From NCBI GenBank assembly GCA_047621945.1, contig JBLHMK010000001.1, forward strand, positions 22,237 to 86,236: a stretch of DNA of 64,000 nt, read 5' to 3'. Below, in pieces: positions 54,612 through 64,000 of the stretch. This DNA comes from Flavobacteriaceae bacterium. GTDB lineage: Bacteria; Bacteroidota; Bacteroidia; Chitinophagales; UBA8649. The notes under the pieces were generated by a model. It was not told the origin of the DNA. It did no database searches and worked only from the letters and a program-made list of their open reading frames with translations. The position numbers were made by a program, and so were the translations under genes. Numbering within the stretch: the first letter of the stretch is position 1; every line of letters starts with the position of its first letter.

Positions 54612-56174
54612 TTAATATGAATCCTTATGAATTTGCTTTATTTCAATGAATTTTAGAGGGGTCTCTTTATCGTATATATATAACTGCCCATGCAAAATGT
54701 TTCTTTTTTGAAGGAATGCGATGGCCTCACTTTCATCCTTAATTTTAAGTACATTCCGTTGGGCGTAAAAAATTATTTGCGGATCAACGCTTAACTCTCC
54801 CTGTACAAAAACCACATTATCAGGAGGTGTTTGTTCTTTGATGCTAGTTCCTAGAATTTGGCTTTGTGCATATATATCCCCTCTTAGAGACTCTTCTCCT
54901 GGTGGGTTAATATAGTAATAGGAAGCTAGGGAGGCTATGACGACAAATACAATACCCAAACGCAGCTGAGTCATAGATAAGGTTTGCGATTTCTTAAGCT
55001 TATCAAAAAGAATCCCAATCAACACACTTAAAAAAAGTGAACCGTATAGACTTACAAAGTCGTGGCCTGAATAATTCAATAGAAAGATATGTAAGAGTAT
55101 TACTGGTAATGTCGATAGCCAAAGAAACCGGTATCCATTTTTGGTGAAAACTATTCTCAATTTAGCTTTGCTAATAGTCAAATAAACGAAACTCCCAAGC
55201 AAAAGGAATAGCGGTAAATAACTAGTAACATATCCTTTGAGCATGCTAAGAACTAGAAAAGCAATCTGTTTAATTTGACTACCAAAATTTGAAGTTTCAG
55301 ATAAACTCCCTCTTTCAGTCATACGATTTAACATTTGATCTAAATAGGCTTCAAAACCTGCAATCTGGCTGTACTGAAAAACGAATAAGGCAACAGCCGC
55401 AATACTTACGAAGAGTGTAATTAGGTTAATTGGGATGTACACTTTAGTTTTTCTTAGTTTAATAAAGGAATACAAAAACACACTAAATGCAAAAAATAAG
55501 CCTAGCCATGAAGTATAAATCATTAAAAACAAAAAGATTGCATAATGAACGAGGTATTTTGGCGAAAAGAAACGCTTACGCATTAAGAGTTTCAATATGG
55601 TGTAAACATTTAGAATGAAAAAGAGGTGAACCAGCATGTCACTCATGTAGGTATTGCATTGAAACCATAAGACTCCTTGGCTAAATAAATACACTGATAC
55701 CCCTACAATGCCTGACCAGTATGTTCTGGCAAAAGGTTTTTGTTGCCCAAGCAGGCAAACAATCAAATAAATAAAAAGGGCACAGATTAAATTGATGACT
55801 AAATGAAATATCTGTAAAGCCAAAACCGTGGGCTTTACATGTAATATTTTAAAAAAAATATGTGGCAAGATGAAAGCAAAGGGCGGATGAGATACATAAT
55901 AGTAATTCCCTGCTTCATCTAGCATTTCACCTGTAGTGCTTGCCCAGTTATTCAAGTGTTTGTTGGCTGCGCCTGGATAGCTCATAACAGGGCTGAAGCC
56001 ATATTTCATAGCTCCTTCGGTAGACCAAATGTCTAAAACCCTAAGCGAAACCGCACTGACGAATTCATGATGCTTAGATAATGGTCGATTTATATTAGGT
56101 AAACGAACCAATACAGAAAGCATGAATATGCCTATGATTATGAGAAAGGGGAAAATGGAAATTGTTCTTTTCAA
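54612..56174 (-). CDS. Polytopic membrane protein, possible GT-C (ArnT/PMT-like) glycosyltransferase
   Basis: 520-aa ORF with about 12 predicted hydrophobic helices and a C-terminal soluble domain. The architecture resembles GT-C enzymes, but no diagnostic motif could be confirmed. Confidence 0.4.
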   Translation of the reverse strand: MKRTISIFPFLIIIGIFMLSVLVRLPNINRPLSKHHEFVSAVSLRVLDIWSTEGAMKYGFSPVMSYPGAANKHLNNWASTTGEMLDEAGNYYYVSHPPFAFILPHIFFKILHVKPTVLALQIFHLVINLICALFIYLIVCLLGQQKPFARTYWSGIVGVSVYLFSQGVLWFQCNTYMSDMLVHLFFILNVYTILKLLMRKRFFSPKYLVHYAIFLFLMIYTSWLGLFFAFSVFLYSFIKLRKTKVYIPINLITLFVSIAAVALFVFQYSQIAGFEAYLDQMLNRMTERGSLSETSNFGSQIKQIAFLVLSMLKGYVTSYLPLFLLLGSFVYLTISKAKLRIVFTKNGYRFLWLSTLPVILLHIFLLNYSGHDFVSLYGSLFLSVLIGILFDKLKKSQTLSMTQLRLGIVFVVIASLASYYYINPPGEESLRGDIYAQSQILGTSIKEQTPPDNVVFVQGELSVDPQIIFYAQRNVLKIKDESEAIAFLQKRNILHGQLYIYDKETPLKFIEIKQIHKDSY

Positions 56175-56267
56175 TGCTTTGCTTTTCCTTTCGTCAAAAT
56201 TAGCATTAACTGACTAATTAATTGATTTTATTGGGGAAAACTGCGACCTTTGCACAAAACGAAACGC

Positions 56268-56852
56268 ATGTTAGCTGGTTTAAAACTTCCTAGTGACCCT
56301 AGATGGGTGAATTTGGCAGAAAAGAATATTGAAGAAATACTTACGGATCACGCCTATTGCGAGCAAAAGGCGGCAACAAATTGTATCACCATCATTCAAA
56401 TGTTTCCTGAATATGAGGATGTGGTGGAAGCTTTAATGCCAATTGTTACAGAAGAATGGGGGCATTTTAGAATGGTTGTTGATCAGCTCAAAAAAAGGGA
56501 AATGTCCTTGGGTCGACAACGAAGAGATGAATATGTTAATCAGTTACAATCTAATATTATTCAAGGTGGATCAAGAGAACACCAATTAGTTGAACGTTTG
56601 TTAGTTGCTGCTTTGATTGAAGCAAGAAGCTGTGAGCGCTTTCGATTACTTTCTTTGGATATAAATGACGATGAACTAAAAGAATTCTATCGGAAGCTGA
56701 TGATTAGTGAAGCCGGGCATTTTAGATTGTTTTTGGACTTGGCTACAGCAATCTTACCGAAAGAACAAGTGATGGCTCGTTGGGAAGAATACTTGAACGC
56801 TGAAGCTCAAATTATAGCCAATTTGGAATTGAGGGGAGATCGGGTTCATTAA
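56268..56852 (+). CDS. miaE: tRNA-(ms2io6A37)-hydroxylase MiaE
   Basis: Diiron four-helix motifs DHAYCEQKAA, EEWGHFRMV, IEARSCERF and SEAGHFRLF. ATG at 56268 is preferred over the track's TTG at 56250. Confidence 0.85.
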   Translation: MLAGLKLPSDPRWVNLAEKNIEEILTDHAYCEQKAATNCITIIQMFPEYEDVVEALMPIVTEEWGHFRMVVDQLKKREMSLGRQRRDEYVNQLQSNIIQGGSREHQLVERLLVAALIEARSCERFRLLSLDINDDELKEFYRKLMISEAGHFRLFLDLATAILPKEQVMARWEEYLNAEAQIIANLELRGDRVH

Positions 56853-56855
56853 AAG

Positions 56856-57710
56856 ATGGAAGAATTTATTCAGCTTATTCTTGATGACATTCAAACCACT
56901 ACTCTTCAAGCGTACATCCCTCCATTTGTTTTATTTGTTATTTTAGCTCTTTTTGCCTGGCTTATAAACTCCCTTTTTGATACAAACTTGAATGAGAGAC
57001 TCGCTTGGTTTACTTCTCAATTTAGTAGTCGAAATGTCGACCCTCAAGTTCAGAAATTACTAGAAAAAAACTTTCCGTATTATAGCTCTTTAGATGAAAA
57101 GGCAAAGAATAAGTTTTTAAAGAGACTTGCCATATTCATGGGGATGAAAACTTTCGTTCCGAGGGCTATGGACTTGAATGAAAGTATTAATCTTTTGATA
57201 GGCGCAACAGCGGTTCAATTGACTTTTGGTTTAAACAACTTTGCTTTTTTCTCTTTCGAAAAAATCCTAATCTATCCTTCAAGTTATTATAGTTCTATTC
57301 GAGATACGTATCATAAGGGGGAGGTAAATGCGAGATTAAGAATAATTGTTCTGTCTGCCAAGCATTTTCTAGAAGGGGTCCAAGATGAAAAAGATGGACT
57401 TAATTTAGGCTTGCATGAAATGTCTCATGCTATGCAAGTTCACGCAATCTCTAGCCTTGATAAACGATTTATCAACAGGTTTAGCAAATGGCAAGCAATT
57501 GCAGAAAAAGAAATAATGCTAATCAAGCAAGGAAATAATCATTTCTTGAGGGAATATGCCGCTACCAATGCAGAGGAAATGTTTGCGGTTTGTGTAGAGA
57601 ATTTCTTTGAGCGACCACAAGAATTCAAGCTCGCTTTACCAGACTTATATGGACCTATGAAAGGGCTCTTGAATCAGGATCCACTTCGGGTGAATAACCC
57701 TGTTCTGTAA
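56856..57710 (+). CDS. Zinc metallopeptidase, MtfA/M90-like
   Basis: 284-aa ORF. N-terminal TM helix, HExxH motif (GLHEMSHAMQVH) and downstream NAEEMFAV, as in MtfA-type peptidases. Confidence 0.55.
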   Translation: MEEFIQLILDDIQTTTLQAYIPPFVLFVILALFAWLINSLFDTNLNERLAWFTSQFSSRNVDPQVQKLLEKNFPYYSSLDEKAKNKFLKRLAIFMGMKTFVPRAMDLNESINLLIGATAVQLTFGLNNFAFFSFEKILIYPSSYYSSIRDTYHKGEVNARLRIIVLSAKHFLEGVQDEKDGLNLGLHEMSHAMQVHAISSLDKRFINRFSKWQAIAEKEIMLIKQGNNHFLREYAATNAEEMFAVCVENFFERPQEFKLALPDLYGPMKGLLNQDPLRVNNPVL

Positions 57711-57717
57711 ATCAAGT

Positions 57718-59571
57718 TTAGCCAACCAATTCTTCTTCTATGTCTTTCTCTACTTTTAAATTATCAATAATAAACTCTTGACGTTGCGGAGTGTTTTTAC
57801 CCATATAATAACCGAGGATATCTTCAATGGAATTATCGTTTCCAAGAATGACGGGGGAAAGACGAATGTTTTCACCAATAAAATCCTCAAACTCATCTGG
57901 TGAAATTTCACCTAAGCCCTTAAATCGGGTAATCTCTGGTTTACCCCGTAAAGATGCAACAGCTTTTTTCCTTTCTTCTTCGCTATAACAATAGAACGTT
58001 TGTTTTTTATCTCTAACTCTGAATAATGGGGTCTCCAAAATTTTAACATGTCCTTCCTTAACTAAATCTGGGAAGAATTGTAAAAAGAAAGTTAAAAGCA
58101 ACAATCTAATGTGCATGCCATCTACATCAGCATCCGTTGCAATCACGACATTATTGTAGCGCAGTTCTTCTAGCCCTTCCTCTATATTTAATGCGTGTTG
58201 TAATAGATTGAATTCTTCGTTTTCGTATACTACTTTCTTTTTCAGACTATAAGTGTTTAAAGGCTTTCCTTTCAAACTAAATACTGCTTGAGTTTCTACG
58301 TCCCTTGCTTTCGTGATAGATCCACTTGCCGAATCTCCCTCCGTAATGAAGACGGTCGTGTCTAAATGTCGAATGTTTTTCTTGTCGGAAAAATGAAAGC
58401 GACAATCTCTTAATTTCTTATTGTGAAGATTTGCTTTTTTGGCTCTTTCCTTGGCTATTTTCTTCACGCCAGCCATGTCCTTTCTCTCGCGTTCACTTTG
58501 CTGAATTTTTTTCAGCAATTTCTCCGAAATTTCTGGATTACGGTGAAGGAAATTATCCAGATGTTTTTTTACAAAATCACCTATAAAAACTCGCATACTA
58601 GTTTTCTCATCCAAGTTGTTGGAACCTAATTTTGTTTTCGTCTGACTTTCAAATATAGGGTCCTGCATCCGGATACTAACTGCTCCAACTATGGAGGCGC
58701 GAATATCTTGAGAATCAAAGTTTTTACCATAAAATTCTCTCATGGTTTTCACTAAAGCTTCTTTGAATGCATTAAGGTGTGTGCCTCCTTGAACGGTGTG
58801 TTGTCCATTTACATAACTATAGTACTCTTCACCGTAATGATTGTCGTGTACTAGGGCAAACTCTATATCCTCTGACTTGAAATGAATAACGGGATAGCGA
58901 ATAGTATTGGCATCAGTTTTTCTGAGAAGTAGGTCTTTTAAACCCTCCTTTGAAAGAAATTTTTGACCATTATAATTTATAGTTAGTCCACAATTTAAGT
59001 GGGCGTAATTCCAAATTTGGTTTTCCAAATAATCGGGAATGAACTTATATTTTTTGAAGATAATGTCATCAGGAACAAATTCAATATAGGTTCCATTTGG
59101 CTCAGTCGTTTTTTCATCGCGCTCCTCAATGAGATTTCCTTGTTCGAAGATGGCTACTTTCTTTTTTCCTTCTCTAACCGCTTCTACCTTAAAATAAATG
59201 GATAAGGCATTAACTGCTTTAGTACCTACTCCGTTTAGGCCTACAGATTTTTTAAATGCTTTAGAATCATATTTCCCTCCGGTATTGATTTTAGAAACTG
59301 CGTCAACTACTTTACCTAAAGGAATACCCCTTCCATAATCCCTGACAGTAACTTTTTTCTCTTCAACTTTGATATCGACTTTTTTACCATAGCCCATAAC
59401 GAACTCATCGATACAGTTATCTATGACTTCTTTTACAAGAATGTATATCCCATCATCTTGCGAAGACCCGTCGCCCGTTTTACCAATATACATTCCTGGA
59501 CGAAGGCGCATGTGTTCTTTCCAATCGAGGGAGCGTATATTATCTTCGTTATATGTTACTTCATTAGCCAT
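57718..59571 (-). CDS. parE: DNA topoisomerase IV subunit B
   Basis: 617-aa ORF. GHKL ATPase N-terminus ([24 protein letters not shown]), Toprim ITEGDSASG and [10 protein letters not shown]. The short length and lack of a GyrB insert favour ParE over GyrB. Confidence 0.85.
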   Translation of the reverse strand: MANEVTYNEDNIRSLDWKEHMRLRPGMYIGKTGDGSSQDDGIYILVKEVIDNCIDEFVMGYGKKVDIKVEEKKVTVRDYGRGIPLGKVVDAVSKINTGGKYDSKAFKKSVGLNGVGTKAVNALSIYFKVEAVREGKKKVAIFEQGNLIEERDEKTTEPNGTYIEFVPDDIIFKKYKFIPDYLENQIWNYAHLNCGLTINYNGQKFLSKEGLKDLLLRKTDANTIRYPVIHFKSEDIEFALVHDNHYGEEYYSYVNGQHTVQGGTHLNAFKEALVKTMREFYGKNFDSQDIRASIVGAVSIRMQDPIFESQTKTKLGSNNLDEKTSMRVFIGDFVKKHLDNFLHRNPEISEKLLKKIQQSERERKDMAGVKKIAKERAKKANLHNKKLRDCRFHFSDKKNIRHLDTTVFITEGDSASGSITKARDVETQAVFSLKGKPLNTYSLKKKVVYENEEFNLLQHALNIEEGLEELRYNNVVIATDADVDGMHIRLLLLTFFLQFFPDLVKEGHVKILETPLFRVRDKKQTFYCYSEEERKKAVASLRGKPEITRFKGLGEISPDEFEDFIGENIRLSPVILGNDNSIEDILGYYMGKNTPQRQEFIIDNLKVEKDIEEELVG

Positions 59572-59674
59572 TTATAATAGTATATTTATTTCAAGAAACT
59601 TAAAAATAAGTAAATCCAAAGCGATTACTTTTGTTTTCTCTGAAAGAATGTGCACATCCTATTGTGTATTTTGT

Positions 59675-59682
59675 TAAATTTG
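59675..59682 (+). promoter_or_regulatory. Bacteroidota -7 promoter box (TAaaTTTG) upstream of the tandem receiver genes
   Basis: Exact TAnnTTTG match 11 nt upstream of the ATG at 59694. A second exact match (tacttttg) lies at about 59626-59633. Both fall inside the longer track ORF (59631), supporting the downstream start. Confidence 0.4.
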
Positions 59683-59693
59683 AAAAACAATTT

Positions 59694-60140
59694 ATGAGTA
59701 CAGCAATAAAAAACAAAATCACCTTAATAGATGATAGTCCGTCTGAACCTATCTTGTTGGCCAGTGCCATTCAGAAAAGTGAGCGGAATATTGTCTTGGA
59801 ATCCTTTGATGATAGCATTTATGCAGTAGAAGAATTAGCGCGAAGAGGAAAGGAAGATGAGGAGTCACTTCCCAATCTTATTTTGCTTGATTTGAATATG
59901 CCTGGATACAATGGAATTGAAGTTTTAGGAAAGTTAAGAAAGGATGAAAACTTATGTTTCATTCCAATCATTGTTATGACTTCTTCGAGCTTGGATGCAG
60001 ATATGAGAGAAGCCTTGAAGGAAGGGGCTAATTGTGTCATTGTAAAACCTACTGGACACAAGAGATATGTTGAAGTAGTTCAGATTATTTACGATTTTTG
60101 GTTTAACACAGTAAAACGATTAGATATTGGCTTTTTCTAA
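59694..60140 (+). CDS. Stand-alone response-regulator receiver protein (CheY-like)
   Basis: Receiver motifs ITLIDDSPSE, LILLDLNMPGYNG, MTSSS and VIVKP. There is no output domain. The start is moved to Met22 of the track ORF. Confidence 0.8.
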   Translation: MSTAIKNKITLIDDSPSEPILLASAIQKSERNIVLESFDDSIYAVEELARRGKEDEESLPNLILLDLNMPGYNGIEVLGKLRKDENLCFIPIIVMTSSSLDADMREALKEGANCVIVKPTGHKRYVEVVQIIYDFWFNTVKRLDIGFF

Positions 60141-60852
60141 AAATGGAATAAAAATATTAGTTGTTGAGGACACTCCTGGAGATGTTTTTCTTATTAAATT
60201 TTATTTAGAAGAATTGGATCCCGATAACTACGAAATTCAAAGTGTAGATAATCTAGAGGAAGCGCATTATAAAATTGAAAGAGAGGCATTTGATGTCATC
60301 CTTTTAGATTTGCATCTTCCAGATTCACAAGGAATTGTAACTCTTCAAAATTCGGTAAAGAAATTCCCTAATGATGTTTTTATTGTTTTAACTGGACTTT
60401 CCGATGCCAAGATTGGCTTAGAAGCAGTTAAATATGGAGCACAAGACTTTTTAGTAAAAGGTCGAATTGATAGTAAATCTTTAGATAGTTCTATTAAATT
60501 TTCATTTCAGCGAGCTAAGCTTAAGCGAGCAGTTAAGTTGTATGGAGAAGCTTTGAAGACCCTTGAAGTGATGTATGGAATGATAATCGTAATTATTGAT
60601 AAATCACGATCAGCAGTATATACTTCCCTAAGATTCAAGTCTTTTTTCATGATTGATGAGGAGACTGTCGATACCATGGAAGAACTCATGCATGTTTTTG
60701 AAAACAACCAAGAAATCTTAAATGCTATCAATTCAGCAAGTGATTTAAAAATCGATAATTTTGTTGCTACATTAAGGGGGCAACAGTATAATTTTAAGGT
60801 CAGTAAGTCAAAAGAATTCAATGACCAAACGGTCATTAGTGTTTCAAGATAA
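60127..60852 (+). CDS. Response regulator with a C-terminal domain of unknown function (PAS-like?)
   Basis: 241-aa ORF with TTG start overlapping the upstream gene by 14 nt. Receiver motifs KILVVEDTPGD, VILLDLHLPDSQG, VLTGLSD and DFLVKG. The C-terminal ~110 aa has no recognised DNA-binding or enzymatic motif. Confidence 0.7.
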   Translation: MAFSKNGIKILVVEDTPGDVFLIKFYLEELDPDNYEIQSVDNLEEAHYKIEREAFDVILLDLHLPDSQGIVTLQNSVKKFPNDVFIVLTGLSDAKIGLEAVKYGAQDFLVKGRIDSKSLDSSIKFSFQRAKLKRAVKLYGEALKTLEVMYGMIIVIIDKSRSAVYTSLRFKSFFMIDEETVDTMEELMHVFENNQEILNAINSASDLKIDNFVATLRGQQYNFKVSKSKEFNDQTVISVSR

Positions 60853-60854
60853 AT

Positions 60855-62627
60855 CTAATAGATATCTTGCAATATTCCAGGAGAAAATGAATTATTAGTA
60901 TTGATTGATCTTGGGGATAATTCTCCAAGTTGGTAGCCAAAGTTCTTTTCTTGAACTAGATACCCATTCGGGTAATACCCAAATGATATTTCCATGTAAT
61001 TGATACCTAAGGTTAGATTTTGAAATCGAATACCTCCACCATATCCTTGATAAATAGTATTGTTAAAAATGAAATCGGTGTTGCTTCGACCCAATACGCC
61101 TATATCTGCAAAAAAGAAAAAGTTACCCTTGCTTGTCCACCAATCAATTGGGGTATAAAAAACCGATTCAAGATTGAGTATAAAGCTTTTGGTGCCAATT
61201 AATCTTTGAGAATTAAACCCCCTGATGGCCCCATTTCCAATATTATAAAACTCTGAAATTGGCCGATTGAAACTTAAGGTAGTATTGGTAGAAATAAATT
61301 GTCTAAATCCCAGTTTTCGTAAAGGAATTCGATTGGTAAAGTATGAATTTATAGTTTGAATACTAATTTGTTCAATATTTTTTGAGCGTATAAATGCGCC
61401 CATTTTAAACTCATTTTGCATGAAGCCGAACTTAGGATACTTCTTACTATAATTAACTGTAAACCCATTATAAAAGCGACCTCCTAATATATCATTAATT
61501 TCATAACCCCCTATCAATGCTAGATTAAAGCCTTTTGGAACATAATCAAACTGACGAAATCGATAGAGCTCTTCGAATCCATACCAATCTCGGTTTGCCA
61601 AGCCAATACTTCCCAAATAAATTTGTTTGTTTACAAAATTTTGAAAAGGTTGATCGTCAGGGATAACGTAGTTCTTTTTAACAACCCCTCGTAGAGAAAT
61701 AATCATACGCAAAGATTCATGTCTTTCATTTAGATTCTTTAGTCCAAATGACCTAGCTAACCAGGCATCAGTATTAATAAATCTATTATTGTATTTATTT
61801 GAAATTTCATTAGTTTCAATTTTCCGTGCATTATTAGATACTTCCAATTTACCAGCCCATTTGGTATTATAAGCGAAGAAGTCTCGTTTTAATTGAAAAC
61901 TATAGCTTTCACTTTGATTTTGTTTGTTATAGTCAAGTCCTAAACTTATTTGAGAACGAGCAATATTGTTTACCTTATAGAAGACTCCAACATTATAAGG
62001 GTTTCTAGGATCAATAATTCCAGCCCCATAAAAACCCGCTTTTTGAGCAATCCCAAAAAAATCGTAGAAGGAACCTCCTAGCGTTAGAGAGGTTGGAGTA
62101 CCATAAAAAAGGGCTTTCCAATGTCGATTATCGTGGGCATATATTTTCACATCTACGCCTGGTATGTGAGGAGTTTGTTCAATCTTGATAAGCGCATCTT
62201 TATATATGGTGTTTTCGCGAATGTTTCTTTCTGTATCCGCCACTAACCGGGGGTCAACTAACTCGCCGATTTTAAAGAGCAATTGCTTTTTAACTAATAC
62301 AGCACTGTGATTACCTCGTTTGTTTTCCACCAACTTAACATCATTAATATCCTCTTGGCCATACACCGGGTCATCAAATCGGTCAACGATAAAAACTTCA
62401 ATACTATTAATCTCAAGATTTTGAAATTCCACAAAGAAATCACTCGGCGTATAGTCTCGAACCGCTTTAGGCATGAGGTAGAAATAGTCGACAAATTTTT
62501 CTTGCTTTTTAGCCTTTTTCTGAATGGAATCTATAGCATTGCTATCTATCACAAACGATTCAATTTCTTCCTGTGCGAAAGCGAAAGAGATTAATGTTAA
62601 AAATATTAAAAGGTAAAGTGTTTTCAT
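60855..62627 (-). CDS. Omp85/BamA-superfamily-like outer-membrane beta-barrel protein
   Basis: 590-aa ORF. Signal peptide (LISFAFAQ), a POTRA-like segment (LLFKIGELVDPRLVADTERNIRENTIYKDALIKIE), alternating beta-strand pattern, YGGGIRF motif and an aromatic C-terminus (DIY). Confidence 0.5.
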   Translation of the reverse strand: MKTLYLLIFLTLISFAFAQEEIESFVIDSNAIDSIQKKAKKQEKFVDYFYLMPKAVRDYTPSDFFVEFQNLEINSIEVFIVDRFDDPVYGQEDINDVKLVENKRGNHSAVLVKKQLLFKIGELVDPRLVADTERNIRENTIYKDALIKIEQTPHIPGVDVKIYAHDNRHWKALFYGTPTSLTLGGSFYDFFGIAQKAGFYGAGIIDPRNPYNVGVFYKVNNIARSQISLGLDYNKQNQSESYSFQLKRDFFAYNTKWAGKLEVSNNARKIETNEISNKYNNRFINTDAWLARSFGLKNLNERHESLRMIISLRGVVKKNYVIPDDQPFQNFVNKQIYLGSIGLANRDWYGFEELYRFRQFDYVPKGFNLALIGGYEINDILGGRFYNGFTVNYSKKYPKFGFMQNEFKMGAFIRSKNIEQISIQTINSYFTNRIPLRKLGFRQFISTNTTLSFNRPISEFYNIGNGAIRGFNSQRLIGTKSFILNLESVFYTPIDWWTSKGNFFFFADIGVLGRSNTDFIFNNTIYQGYGGGIRFQNLTLGINYMEISFGYYPNGYLVQEKNFGYQLGELSPRSINTNNSFSPGILQDIY

Positions 62628-62691
62628 TAAGGTCTCTAAAAATAATGAACTTATACTAGTTATCCCACGTTTTCAATGGAAATCTACAATT

Positions 62692-63297
62692 ATGAGCAAT
62701 TCGTTTTTAATGCTGTTATTTTTGAGTATTACTCTACAAGTGAACGCTAAGCAGGGAAAAGACAATTTGGAAACCATAACACTTGGAGCCGGATGCTTCT
62801 GGTGTGTGGAAGCCGTGTATCAGGAATTGAATGGGGTAGAGACCGCAGTATCAGGATATATGGGAGGCCATGTAGACGATCCAAGCTATAAGGCCGTGTG
62901 CGCCGGAAATACAGGGCATGCCGAAGTTGTCCAATTGACTTTTGATAATTCAATCATTAGCCTAGAAGAGATTTTAGAAGTGTTTTTTGAAGTGCACGAT
63001 CCGACCACCTTGAACAGGCAAGGGGCTGATATCGGGACGCAATATCGTTCGGCTATTTTCTATGAGAATGACGAGCAAAAAGAAATTGCTTTAAAGGTTA
63101 AAAGAGCATTAAGTGTAGCTAAGGTTTGGGAGAATGCAATTGTAACTGAGGTTTCTTCGGCTAGTACGTTTTACAAAGCGGAGAATTATCATCAAGATTA
63201 CTATGCCCTAAATGGAAACAATAATCCGTATTGCAGTAAGGTAATTACTCCGAAAATTGAAAAATTTAGGAAGGTATTTGAAGAAAAATTGAAGTAG
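62692..63297 (+). CDS. msrA: Peptide-methionine (S)-S-oxide reductase MsrA (with N-terminal signal-like segment)
   Basis: 201-aa ORF. Catalytic motif GAGCFWCVEAVY and GHAEVVQ. The N-terminal MSNSFLMLLFLSITLQVNA looks like an export signal. Confidence 0.9.
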   Translation: MSNSFLMLLFLSITLQVNAKQGKDNLETITLGAGCFWCVEAVYQELNGVETAVSGYMGGHVDDPSYKAVCAGNTGHAEVVQLTFDNSIISLEEILEVFFEVHDPTTLNRQGADIGTQYRSAIFYENDEQKEIALKVKRALSVAKVWENAIVTEVSSASTFYKAENYHQDYYALNGNNNPYCSKVITPKIEKFRKVFEEKLK

Positions 63298-63314
63298 TTC
63301 TTAGTAGCTAATTC

Positions 63315-63815
63315 TTAGCCCAATGGAATTTCCATTTTGGCTTTATTATATTCTTCATTTTGACTGGCTCCTAGCCAGTCTACATTTCTGCCAAGAAGTT
63401 TTTCTTCAAGCTTATCGCTGCAGATCTTGGGATAGATTAAGGTGTTTGAGGAATGGTTGTAAACTTGGCTTTTCTCACCATCTAGATCATAGTAATTCCA
63501 AAGCCCGATTTTTTCACCTTTGTTATATTGGCCAACAGACTTTAAACTCATTGAGTAATCTGGGTATCTCTCCATCCATTCGCCATCTTTCTCTCCATAG
63601 GAATATTGACCATAAAGGATGGCTTTGGTGCCTAAATAGGACTTTATGAAAGAGCTGCCATGTTTGATGTTTTTGTCAGACTTTAACACATAGTATTTGG
63701 CTTTTCCAAAGCGCAGGGAGTCCTTTTGCTTGACTAGATCTTGTGCAAGTAAACTGTCGCAACTGAACACTAGAATCAGCAGAATTAACGCTTTTAAATG
63801 GATGAAAGTTTTCAA
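63315..63815 (-). CDS. Secreted MORN-variant repeat protein (hypothetical)
   Basis: 166-aa ORF. Signal peptide (LILVFSCDSLLAQ) and repeats of the form G.Y..GEK.G.W (GQYSYGEKDGEWMERY, GQYNKGEKIGLWNYYDLDGE). Confidence 0.45.
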   Translation of the reverse strand: MKTFIHLKALILLILVFSCDSLLAQDLVKQKDSLRFGKAKYYVLKSDKNIKHGSSFIKSYLGTKAILYGQYSYGEKDGEWMERYPDYSMSLKSVGQYNKGEKIGLWNYYDLDGEKSQVYNHSSNTLIYPKICSDKLEEKLLGRNVDWLGASQNEEYNKAKMEIPLG

Positions 63816-64000
63816 ATTCTATTTCGATGTATGTAAAAACGTTCGGAAGAGTACAACCAACGATAATTTTTTATCATTGGTTGTATTGAAACGGTAAAGG
63901 TATGAATGTTGAGATTAATAAGAAAGAGCCTCAGTAAACTGAAGCTCTTTCGATGGTTGAAGTTTGGCGTACCGCACTTCTGGGTCTTAAGGGGCAAAAC

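Noticed and set aside
415-63649. Other short opposite-strand or overlapping track ORFs. Examples are 415..618, 806..1012, 1533..1727, 2373..2558, 3584..3766, 4404..4844, 8279..8686, 11633..11833, 12615..12842, 13249..13500, 17486..17674, 18186..18437, 20644..21003, 23419..23745, 24071..24361, 30030..30363, 32079..32300, 35571..35798, 38181..38552, 38905..39144, 39782..40103, 45383..45595, 46495..46809, 49421..49681, 50791..50994, 52327..52527, 53699..53938, 54307..54492, 58423..59677, 59819..60061, 60507..60836, 61020..61202, 62294..62594, 62747..62953 and 63323..63649.
   Set aside because: Each lies within or antisense to a longer ORF with clear family motifs. None shows a recognisable motif, a signal sequence with a sensible mature part, or a promoter box.
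63816-64000. Possible riboswitch, ncRNA or terminator at the right edge. There is an imperfect hairpin agagcctcag/ctgaagctct at about 63924-63947. The ...cttaaggggcaaaac end is faintly reminiscent of glycine or c-di-GMP-I riboswitch cores. There is also track ORF 63812..63997.
   Set aside because: Similarity is limited to a few nucleotides, the element would be cut by the window end, and the hairpin has a mismatch and no T-tract. The ORF has no motifs. Evidence is insufficient, and this would need cmscan/Rfam on the extended sequence.
1-64000. Search for CRISPR arrays, IS elements, transposases, integrases, prophage genes, toxin-antitoxin pairs, known defence-system signatures, tRNA and rRNA genes.
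   Set aside because: No direct-repeat/spacer arrays were seen. No DDE or tyrosine/serine recombinase-like ORFs were seen. There were no cloverleaf-sized conserved segments in the short intergenic regions and no rRNA-like sequence. A by-eye scan cannot exclude small ncRNAs, so tRNAscan-SE/Infernal should confirm.

Overview
64-kb chromosomal segment from an AT-rich Bacteroidota (Flavobacteriia-like) genome. The lineage is inferred from T9SS C-terminal sorting domains, DUF1573 proteins, ribosomal protein bTHX, a SusC-style TonB-receptor N-terminus and TAnnTTTG -7 promoter boxes. There are about 57 densely packed protein-coding genes on both strands. By eye I found no rRNA, tRNA, CRISPR array, transposase, integrase or phage genes. 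Most of the window is housekeeping: M3 oligoendopeptidase, pdxH, HU, nadK, PpiD-like chaperone, lytic transglycosylase, SpoU/TrmH methyltransferase, M23 peptidase, fused E1 2-oxoacid dehydrogenase, RidA, RmuC, SSB, ferritin, MiaE, ParE and MsrA. There is also a tetR-tolC-MFP-RND efflux operon. Six things deserve a second look. (1) A divergent Spt-like / unknown 446-aa / extended-SDR module (26.7-30.3 kb) looks like a sphingoid or capnoid lipid pathway with an uncharacterised acyltransferase candidate. (2) A co-directional block of response regulator, histidine kinase, secreted 681-aa unknown protein and 1275-aa T9SS cargo (40.2-48.0 kb) ends in a single terminator; the cargo carries two ~265-aa Cys-containing repeats. 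(3) A decayed secreted-protein gene appears split around a YHYH-protein + sulfatase cassette (34.2-37.8 kb). (4) Two more broken genes are a TfoX-N gene with an in-frame TAA and a Kbp/YgaU-like BON-LysM gene with a frameshift and no start. (5) A 48-aa ribosomal protein bTHX gene is missing from the ORF track. (6) A 571-aa secreted protein fuses an unknown Cys/His-rich domain to a CpcT/CpeT-like domain. All functional calls come from motif recognition by eye. No database search was run. Hairpin and box coordinates may be off by 1-2 nt.
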